64,000 nt of DNA from the NCBI GenBank assembly GCA_004022145.1, contig RCNU01000006.1; one strand, given 5' to 3'. A program made the translations under genes and the position numbers. The first letter of the stretch is position 1. Every line of letters begins with the position of its first letter. This DNA is from Paecilomyces variotii (taxonomy: Eukaryota). Below the pieces are notes generated by a model that was not told the origin of the DNA, did not search any database, and worked only from the letters and a program-made list of their open reading frames with translations. Below are positions 54,301-64,000 of this stretch, one piece after another.

Positions 54301-57300
54301 TATTTAAGTTTAGCCCCGGGTCTTTAATAATAGGGCTTTAATAGAGAGATATAGAAGACTAAATATATTTTGCCTAAGCTTTTTAGGAGTTTAAGCCGAT
54401 AAGCTTAAGTTCTAATTCTTTTTATAACTTTATAAAGTCCTAAGTATTTTATATCTAGTTTCTTAATTAATTAATCTATCTTTAAGTTCTTTATTAAAAG
54501 GCAGACTTAGTCTCCTATTATATAGAATCTAGGCTTATACTTCTTATTATAATATTTCTATTATATAGTAATAGCCTTTTAGAGAGATTCTTTTAATTAG
54601 ATATAGATCTTAATAAGTTCCTTTAATTAATTATTAACTGCTAGTATATCTATTCGCTTCCTAAAGTTATATTTATTTTAATTCTTAGAATTAAATCTAT
54701 AAATAATATAGAAGGGAGTTATATCTATAAAGATATAGATTAAATTATTATATATAAACTCCGCTATAGTTAATAAAGATACCTAATTATTTTGCTTATA
54801 ATTTAAATAGACCTAGAGGTAATATTTTAGCATTTAGTTTTGCCTTTTAATCTAGCTATTAGTCTAGGGGTAAAATATAGTACTTAAAAGTTTAGTAATT
54901 TAAATATAGTAGTAAAGTTCTATTTAATATTTATTAGTAAATAGTATACCCCTATTTAATATAATTAACTATAGAGATTTAAAGTAATTATAGATATAAT
55001 TTATAATAAGGTTAGCTATTTTATCTGCCTTTAATATTTTATAGATAAGGATATAAAATACTATTTTTAAATAGCGGTCTATAATTACTAATATTAAATT
55101 ATAAATAATTCCCTATTTTTTTAATAGTAGCAGTCTTATTATAAAATCTATTAAGATATTCTACTATAATTATGCCGGGATTAGCAAAGACTTTAGCTCT
55201 TTATATAGCCTATATTATAGAGTTTAGTTTCTCTGGCAGATATTATATATAGATATATATTTTTATATATCTTATATTATCTTAGGCTAATTAAATCTTT
55301 TTTAAAATAACTCTTTAATCTTCTTAATACTTTAATACCCTATATAAAGATTATTATAATATATTTAAAGAAGCTCTTATTTTATAGTAGGTATATCTAA
55401 TATAAATATAATACTATTCTTCTATAATAGTCCTTTATTATTTATTTTTTATACTGTCTTTAAGCTGTCTTTAAGAGTATATGCTTTTAATTCCCTAGTT
55501 TTTTCTAAAATAAAGATATCTCTTGCTTAAAGCTACTTTAATATAAAGAGTAGGCTAAGGGTTATAATATCTTAAATAGACTCTTCCTTAATCGCCCTAA
55601 TAATTAGTATTTTTTATATTAGGTATTCTAGACTACTTATACTGCCTACTTTAATAGGTTTATACTTTAAATTACCTTTCTATATATATTTATCTTAAGC
55701 TTTATACTGGAGCTTTTTTTAAAGGGTTAGAAGTAATCCTATCTAGGATTTAGATTTAAATAGTTTAAAATCTATCTTTTTAAATAGGGTATCTATAGCA
55801 TTAAGCTATCTTAGCTTATATTTAATTTAAAAGTTATATACTGCTAATAGTTTTACCTATTAAGCTTACCTATTATTTAATATCTTTATAGTAAAGAAAT
55901 AGTATAAGTTTATATAGTTATTCTATATCTATATAGAGTATCTATTACTTTTTAAATAGTAATGCTAATATTTAAAAATATTAATAATAGCCAGAAGTTC
56001 TTAGTTATAAATTTTATAATATACCTCTATTTTAGTAAACTTCTAGGCATAATATACTATAGGGTACTAGTTCTTAGATATAGTTTATTAGTCTATCTAG
56101 GTTTTAATTTTTAGACCTGTCTTTAATTTAGCGCCCAGAGCTATCTTATTATTATCTCCTTAAAAGAGTATAATAGTAAGAGCAAATCCTAAGGCATTAA
56201 TTACTAGTATTATTAGCTTTTCTAGATTAAAGTACCTTAATACTAGCGAAGTTATAAAAGCTAATTTTAGCTTATTAAATACCTTCGCGGCTTTTTTAGT
56301 TTAGATAAATATTTTAATTTTCTTTTCTTAAACGCTTTTTTTTAGCAGACTAATTAGAGGAGCTATTTTTATAGAATAGTTATAGATAAATCTTTTAAAG
56401 AAACTAGTAAATCCTAAGAAGATTTAGATTTTTTTAAAGGATTTAAGCTTTAGCTAGTTTCTAATAGTTTCTATTCTGCTAAGATTTATTTTTACTCTAT
56501 CTTTTCTTATAAAAAAATTAAGGAATTTAACTCTTTCTTTATAAAATTTATATTTAGATAATTTTATATATAATTTATATTCTTATAATCTCTCTAAGAT
56601 CTATATTATATATCTCTTATGCTCCTTAATAGAGTTAGAGAAAATTAAGATATTATCTAAATATATAATGCAATAGATATTTAATAACCCCTATAATATT
56701 TAATTAATATAGGCTTAAAAAGTAGCAGAAGTATTATATAGGCTAAATAATATAATTAAATATTTAAAATGCCTATAATAGGTTTAGAAGATTATCTTCT
56801 ATTTATCTCTATAGCAGATTCTGATTTAATAATAAGTATCTCTAAGATTAAGCTTAATAAAGATCTTAAAGCTAACTAATTAGTTAAGTATTTTATTTAC
56901 CCTAGATAAAAGATATCTATTCTTTATAATAATGCTATTTAAGGTTTAGTAATTAATATAAAGCCTTAGTATATTATCTGCCTTAAAAATAAATAGAATA
57001 GGTGCCTCTATAGGATTTATTAATAATTATATCTATCTTTTCTATTATATATCTTTAAGATATTTATATAAAATATTAAGTTTTTTAGCAGAGAGGTTAT
57101 AAAATCTCTCCTATAAAGGCACTATATTATCTAGGAGTTTAATCTTATATTTACTTATTTTAATAAGTAATATACTTACTCCCTTCTCTGAGAAGACCTC
57201 TGCATATTTTTTATATTCTAGAGGCAGATTTTTTAGAGTAATAGGGTTAATTTAATTTTTATAGAATATATAAATTATCTCTTCTTTTATTATCTTAAAA

Positions 57301-60300
57301 AATTATTAAATATTTTTAATCTTTACCTATAGCTGCTGTAGAATATAATATTTTTAAATTATTAACTCCTAATCTATAATAAGATTTATAATATATAGTT
57401 ATAATTTTCTAAAGATAATAGATAATCTAGGTATTAGAATAATATAAAAGTATATATTTACTTTTTTTATAGTTCTTTTAGAATTAATAATATAGATCTC
57501 TGTTTTAAAAAATCTATACTTTTAAATCTTATATTTATTAATAGATTTAAAGTTTATATACTACTAGAAGTCTAGGGGAATTCTATATTATATAGCTATA
57601 TTTAAGCTAATATAATATTAAGCTAAACCTAAATTAATAAAAGCCTTATCTTTAAATATACTATTAGGTAAGTAGAATTATATTAAAGTATATAAAGACT
57701 CTTTATTTATTTTAGACTCTTTATTATAAAAGATTATAATAGTTTTAGGCTTTCTCTTTTTAAGAGTATCTTTCTTTTTTAGGTATAATTTAAATCTTTA
57801 TATATAATCTTTTTTATTATAGTTAAAGCAGCGGCTTTCTTTTTTAAACTAGTCTTATTCTACTAGTAATTTAAACTTTTTTTTTTAGGGTTTATTTATC
57901 TCCTTATACTAGTTATTAGTCTCCTTTTTCTTCTGCCCTAAAATAAAGTCTTTTAATATACTTTATATTAGTTTATTTATATTTAGTATAGTAGGAAGAT
58001 TTAAAAGTTTATTCTTTTTTTAATTTATTTCCTAATTAATAGCTAAAGATACTAATTAATTAAGATTAGTTAAGAGGTCTTAATAGTTTAATAAGCCTGT
58101 CTAAACTTTAAGTTATAGTTTTATATAAAAAATATAAGACTAAATAATTCTATTATTATTAAATTCTTTATCTTAATTTAGCTTTACGCAAGCTTATTTA
58201 AAATAGTATAAAAAAGCTCTAGCAGTTTAATTTAAATATTAGATTAGGGTATAAAAGTAATTTATTGCATTTTATCCCTAGTAATATAGATTATTAAGTA
58301 AGTCTAGTAATTAACCTTTAAAACTACTCTAAGTTAGTATCTAGAAGTTAGGATTCTCTTGCTAGTAGATCTAAGATTAAGCTAATTCTCTATTTAGTAA
58401 GGCTATAGTATAAATAATCTTTTTATCTTTTATCTTAAATAATAAAGTATTATAGGCTAGATATTTATTTATATACTAGTACTACTAGTAATAGGCATTA
58501 AATATAATAGCTCTATACCTCTGCGGTTTAGGTAGCTTAAGCTTTAATTGCTTATTAATATAGATAACAGTAAAGAGCTATAAAAAATCTCTCTTTATTA
58601 ATAGATTATTTTTTATTTAGGGTTAATTTTTCTCTAGGCCTATTAGAATATCTCTTAAGGTTTATAAGCTAGCTTTAATAATTAGTTATTATAAGTTAAG
58701 TTTAATAATCTCTAAACTTTTTAAAGTATATACTATAAGCTAAAAGCTAAGACTCTTATTCCTTAAGTTATAGAATATATTAGTATAGCTACTTATATTG
58801 CTAGATTAAGCAATTTAAATTATAAGGAATAAAGGTTCTTAAAGATTATTAATAAATTATTCTACTAATAATTATAGTAAAAGAGATAATTGCTTTATAT
58901 ATTTAGCTTAAAAAAGGGTTTACTAGCAAGATAAAGAGTTAACTATTATAATAAAGGGTCTAACTGGTATAAAAAAGGGTTTATACTAGAGAGATCTAGT
59001 AATAAAGAGTTTATATAAGTAAGGAAATAATAGGGTATATATTATATTAGAATAAATCGCTAGCTTCTAGTAAAATAATAATTTAGAGCCTATTTATATT
59101 CTAAATCTTAAGCACTTCCTAGCTTTATCTTATATAAATCCTGAAAGCGGAGAGAGCGAGGTTTAACTAATTACCTTAGTATTATATTCAGATTTAGGGC
59201 TTTACTGCAGTCCTGTAAGCTTATGCCCTAGCGGGGAGCTAGGGGCATAATATAGAGGTTTAAAAAGAAGTAACTTCTCCTTTAATAGCTTAATATTATA
59301 GTTATAAGAATAATATAATAATAAGCGCTTAGCCTCCTTAAAAAAAAAGATATTAATATAATCTTTAAACTCCTTAAATAATAGATAGATAAGATCTTTT
59401 TTTTAAATTTATTTAATCTTTAAAATAATATCTAGGTCCTCTAGGATAATTATAAATATTTAAATATTTCTTTAAATATAGGCAGAATAGGCAGTTAGAG
59501 AAATAAAGGCTATATTTCTTTTTTTTTAATTCTCTAGGTCTTAAAGGCAAGTATTAAAATAAAGCTTTTAAGAGAATATTATATAGGATAGGTATTTTAA
59601 TTAGTTTTAAAAGTATATTATAATTCTTTTAATAATAATTACTATTAAAAATAATATTATAGGCAGTAAATTATAGGTATAGATTATAATACTTTAATTA
59701 AAAAAGTTTTAAAATAATAAGATAATATACTAATTAGATAATATAAAATTTAGTATTTTTTTTAAAATAATCCTTAATTCTTATATTTATCTAGATATAA
59801 TATATAATCTTCTTATTCTCTAGTTCTCTTTTATTAAATATATATAAAATAATTAGGCTTTTTAAGGGAATAGGCTCTAACTTTTAATCCTTAGCTTATC
59901 TTTAATTTATAAATCTTTATTTTTTAGCTTTAATATTAAGTAAGGTATAAATTAATAAGCAGATTTTCTTCTTTTTCTTCTCTAATATTATAAATAATAT
60001 TATTAATTTTAATTATTATAGATATTTCTTAAGGTTAATTTTATAAATAATAATAGTAGAGATTTAGATAATATATAATTTTTAAGCCTAGCTATAATTT
60101 ATTCTAGGTTTACTTCTTTTATTAAAGATTAGCTAGGGGATAAATTATATAAATCTAGAAATTAAATTGCCTAAAGAATCTAAGGATAAGATTTATATAT
60201 AGCTATAATTTAGATCTTCTAGCAGTTATCTAAATATAGATAATCTTTAATATAATATTCTAAGAAGCTATATTAAAAGCAAATATTAATTTTATAGTAT

Positions 60301-61784
60301 AATAAGCTATACTTTTTCTTATTTAAGTATTTAAAAATATTTAAATCTATTAGGTTATATAGCTATATTAAGGCTAGTTTACTTTTCTATATAGGGCTTC
60401 TCTAAGGCTAGCTATTATATCTTATAGCTAGGGTAAAACTTAGAATAAATAAGAGAGATTAAATATATTAAGTAAATCTTAAAATAATAGTATAAATCTT
60501 TATAATAAGAGGCTAATTTATAGTATATTAGCAGCAGTAGTTCTTAAAATCTTATAGGAATTTAATAAATTAGTAATATTTATAACTTAGGGGCTAGCTA
60601 TATAATAATATTCTTTAAAATTTTTAATTAATAGCTTGCTTTAGCAAGATAAATAGTATTCTTTTAAATATTTTTTTTTTAATATTAAGCGCTAGAACTT
60701 AGTAAAAAAAATTTTAAATTTTTTATTAATTTAATAGAAGTTAAATAATTTACTATATATATTATTTATATAATTAAGATTATTAAATATATATTTTAAA
60801 ATATTTAAAATCTTTTAATAATTGTTAAAAATATAAGTCCTATCTCTAATATATAATAATATTTAAGTATAAGACGCACTCTTTAAGCAATTAGTTATAT
60901 AGGCTATATAGCTCTAGGGGGTTAAGAATTAGTCTTAGTTAATTATTATCTTCTCCTAGATCTAGGCTATAAAGCACTAAAAGTCCTTTTAATTATCTTT
61001 AAACTTATTAAAGTTAAGGAATCTTTTTAAAAATCTAGGGGCGGAAGAAAGTATAATAGTAAATATCTTAGATATTTCTATTAAAATAGCTATAAGCCTC
61101 TTAATATTAGGCTTAAGTTTAAATATAAATATAAATATATTTATAATAAGAGTAGCTATATAATAAGCTTAGTCTCTTTTAAGAATAGCTTAAATATATT
61201 ATTATTCTTTTTTATTAAATTATATTTCCTAATACTGCTAAATAGCTTTAAGATTAGTATTTTTTTATTTAAGTCTCTATTATATAGCTGCGAATTCCTA
61301 CTAAAGTTTTTAAAATTTTACCTTAGTTTATTTAATATATTAGCTAGTTTTATTTATAGATAATTTAGCCTTAATAATATATTTATATACTAGGCGATAG
61401 TAATTATATTATTTTAGCCTATAGCTAATAGTAATATATTTAATAAACTCTTTTAGAGTTATTAGCAGGAATAAGGGAATTAAGGCAGGTATTATTAATA
61501 GTATTAACTCTTAAATAGAAGCTATATAATATTAAGATATAGGCTTAAAAAGTAAGTTAGAATAAATAGAATAAAGAAGTTAATATTAGGACTAGCTATA
61601 AAATCTCTATTTAGCTAATTTAAATTAAAATAAGCTATTACAGGTAGGCTTAATAAATAAGATATAGTTTAAAGGGCTTAAATTTAGATTAAGCTATGCG
61701 CTAAAGATATCTTTGCAAGGTTATATAATACCTTATATAAATACTAGCCAGTAGATCTCTATCTCCTATACTAGCACTATAACA
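48303..61784 (-). mobile_element. Ty3/Gypsy element E4 (family 1), inserted in the chromodomain region of E2, host to E5
   Basis: LTRs at 48303-48557 and 61530-61784, TSD GAAAC on both sides. Internal sequence is colinear with E1 once 51732-59257 is removed. Confidence 0.9.
51732..59252 (-). mobile_element. Ty3/Gypsy chromovirus E5 (family 2), ~7.5 kb, 432-bp LTRs, the innermost insertion
   Basis: LTRs at 51732-52163 and 58821-59252, TSD TAGAG, reverse-complement PPT ATATCTCCCCCTTTTTT after 52163. RT motif YCIIYLDNILIFS at ~56637-56675. Chromodomain QYLIK*KSYLDYKNL*QP at ~54165-54220. Confidence 0.9.
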
Positions 61785-62696
61785 GAAACCCCTAATTATA
61801 ATATATTATTAAGTAATTAGGCTATAATAATCTAATAGAAGAGCCTATATATTATCTATAATATGCCTAGGAAATTATTATAAACTTCTATTACTGCTAT
61901 CTAAATAAGCTAAAGCCTAGAGATAATCTTAATAAAGCTTAATTTTAAGGAGGGGAGTATTATTATAATACTAATATAGAGGATTATATAAGGAATTATA
62001 TAATTTTATAAAGATATCTTTAATATATAGCTTAATCTAAATTTAAGCTCCTTAAGCTATATCTTATTTATTAAGCCTGCCTGCAACAGCCTATTTTAGT
62101 CTAAATCAGCTAGATAGAGATCCCATAGCTAGTCCTAGTATCAACTACCTTATTCTATTTGTTCTGACCTGCTTCCTGAGCCCGCACCTTGACAATAAGA
62201 GGCCTTAAGTCCCTATAGGCTTCTGCACTTTTAGTTACTCTATACTGGCATTTTCCGCGTCTAAGAGGATCTGATTGGCCTGAGAGACCTGAGGGGATCT
62301 GATTGGCCTAACGCGCTTCGCGCTAAAGTTTTACAACATTTACTTAGATTAGATGTACTTGTAGTTAGTTAAGTTCGCTCTGGCCAGATGCTGACTAAAT
62401 CATCGTGTCATCCACGTGATGGTGATGCGCGCCGCAAGTTTGCCCTCGCGGTTGGTGAAGTCAACACGCTGTTGACAAGGCGATCCTTTCATCTTTGCCT
62501 ATTTCCTTTATTCACTCGGATCTACCGCTCAACAACTCCAGGTAGCCATGCGCGGATCCTGTCTTTAATTTACTCAATCTTCTATTACCAACCTAAAGTC
62601 CTCAAACAATAGCCGGTGTCGACGTCAGCGCCCTTTCGCAAAGCATTATCGTTCATCTCATCCTCCTAACCACAGGACGACCAAAGTTTGGCCAAG

Positions 62697-63572
62697 ATGG
62701 CGACCGACTACAGCAAGAAGACGAATGCGGAGCTGATCGAGATCCTAAAGTCTCGTTCCTTGCCGCACAATGGCAAGAAGGCCGACCTGATCGCGCGCCT
62801 TCAAGAAGACGATAGCAAAACCAACACGGACGCCCCCGCCGCTGCTCCGGCCGTTGCATCTGCCGCTAAGACCGATAATGCAGAGGATGTAATCGACTGG
62901 GAGGACGACGAAGTGAAGCCTTCTACTGAAGCAGGTGCTGCGGCCATGGCTGCCGGCGGAAAGGGCGAGGTTCCGAATCCTGTCGCAGTTCCAAATCAGC
63001 AGCTCGACACTGATCCTGCCAAGACGGACGACCTAAAGGTCGAGTCAAAGGGGAATGCTCCTGCCACTGCCATCACCGAAGAAAAGGCAGAGAAAGCAGC
63101 TACTGCTGCGGAAGAAACTCCCGCCGAGCCGGAGAAGCCAGCTGTCGACTACAGCATTGGTCTGCCTTCTACGGAGGTCGAGGAGGAGCTAAGGAAGCGT
63201 AAAGCTCGTGCGGAGAAATTTGGGATTGTCGAGGACTCGCAGACGGCTCTGCAGGAGGCAGAGAAGGCGGTTGCCAGGGCCAAGCGCTTCGGTGCCACAA
63301 CTGACGGAGACGCCAAGGTTGCTATCAAGGGTCTGGACCAACCGCTGCCAGATGAAAAGTCACGCAAGAGAGGCCGCGGTGATAATGAACAGGGTGGTCG
63401 AGGAGGCAAGCGACGCGATTTCAATGGAAGGAACAGAAACCGCCGTCGCGGCAATGGTGGTGGAAACGGTGGAAATCGCAACCGCAATGAGACCGAGGCG
63501 AAGCCTGCCTTGAGTGAGAAAGACCGTCTGGCGCTGGAGGCTCGAAAGAAGCGCTTCGCGACTGCTGCGTAA
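62697..63572 (+). CDS. tho1: SAP-domain mRNA export/TREX-associated protein (Tho1/Mlo1/SARNP family), 291 aa
   Basis: N-terminal SAP domain YSKKTNAELIEILKSRSLPHNGKKADLIARLQEDD. Repeated R-x-x-R/K-F-G motifs (KRKARAEKFG, ARAKRFG, ARKKRFA) and an RG-rich tail. Likely 5' UTR intron at 62542-62675 (GTAGCC...CTAACCACAG). Confidence 0.88.
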   Translation: MATDYSKKTNAELIEILKSRSLPHNGKKADLIARLQEDDSKTNTDAPAAAPAVASAAKTDNAEDVIDWEDDEVKPSTEAGAAAMAAGGKGEVPNPVAVPNQQLDTDPAKTDDLKVESKGNAPATAITEEKAEKAATAAEETPAEPEKPAVDYSIGLPSTEVEEELRKRKARAEKFGIVEDSQTALQEAEKAVARAKRFGATTDGDAKVAIKGLDQPLPDEKSRKRGRGDNEQGGRGGKRRDFNGRNRNRRRGNGGGNGGNRNRNETEAKPALSEKDRLALEARKKRFATAA

Positions 63573-64000
63573 TACAACTATCGACGGTATTCGCCGTTCT
63601 ATCACTCTTTTCTTGACATCTTTTCCTACTTTACAGGCGTTTGTGGATGGATTTTATCGGAATGAAAGGCCTTTTTACTCTCGAATCGGCGAGTTCTTCG
63701 ATTTTCTTATTATTTTGGAGGGGCCTTTGAGACTGGGATGAAAGTAGAAGACCAGGGTCTATTGAGGAGGAGAATAGGCGAACGCGGGTTGGAAGACTGG
63801 CGCTTCCAATTGCACTGTAAAACAACCGTCAGCGGACAGACAAACTTTGGAAAATCCCTTTAAGCGCATACACCCGAAGAAACGTAGAAGCCTGCCTGTT
63901 ACTACTGGGAAATTTCGGACATGAGAGGACAGTGTTCGCATACATACAGCATACGTTGCATAATACTTGGTACATACACTGACTACTTACTCGGCGAGAG

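Larger units (their letters stand above)
36853..62194 (+). mobile_element. Ty3/Gypsy element E2 (family 1, 234-bp LTR variant), host to E3, E4 and E5
   Basis: LTRs at 36853-37086 and 61961-62194 share the same short variant, TSD ATAAG on both sides, PPT AAGGAGGGGAG before 61961. The right LTR ends in unmutated ...CCTTGACA. Removing the nested inserts leaves ~5.9 kb. Confidence 0.9.
36348..62348 (-). mobile_element. Non-autonomous Helitron copy B (~655 bp: 36348-36852 plus 62200-62348), interrupted by the E2/E3/E4/E5 nest
   Basis: Minus-strand 5' end A|TCTAAGTAAA at 62348 with a GCGC-GAA-GCGC hairpin nearby. 3' end CTTA (RIPed CTTG) abuts the 5' TC of copy A at 36348/36347. 36348-36850 aligns with 29624-30140. 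Confidence 0.75.

Noticed and set aside
29624-62348. Centromere call for the AT-rich block
   Set aside because: Composition is compatible, but the block is fully explained by nested insertions at a single A|T site between genes. It cannot be called without CENP-A ChIP or Hi-C.
29624-62348. Mitochondrial insertion (NUMT) or contaminant as the source of AT richness
   Set aside because: LTR pairs, TSDs, RT and chromodomain relics and the TpA excess show RIPed retrotransposons, with no mitochondrial genes.

Overview
Eukaryotic DNA from a filamentous ascomycete (Eurotiales, Aspergillus/Penicillium-like, judged from gene content and intron style). The left part holds conserved genes: the C2H2 developmental regulator flbC (minus strand, 3 exons) with a ~12 kb microsatellite-rich gene-free upstream region, then a head-to-head sec9 (SNARE)/vps33 (SM protein) pair. 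An accessory block follows at ~20.1-29.3 kb. It contains an SRPK-like kinase pseudogene, a tandem pair of intronless secreted flavo-oxidases, a small secreted 6-Cys protein and further gene relics. The oxidase pair is a glucose oxidase plus an aldonolactone oxidase resembling Penicillium D-gluconolactone oxidase, i.e. a candidate two-gene extracellular glucose -> gluconolactone -> D-erythorbic acid + H2O2 cluster. 29624-62348 is a 32.7 kb AT-rich, RIP-mutated block that can be fully parsed: two head-to-tail non-autonomous Helitrons define its ends, and five chromodomain Ty3/Gypsy LTR retrotransposons of two families are nested inside them, each with a recognisable 5-bp TSD. A SAP-domain THO1/SARNP-like gene starts ~350 bp after the block. 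Gene identities come from motif recognition and memory of the families, not database searches.
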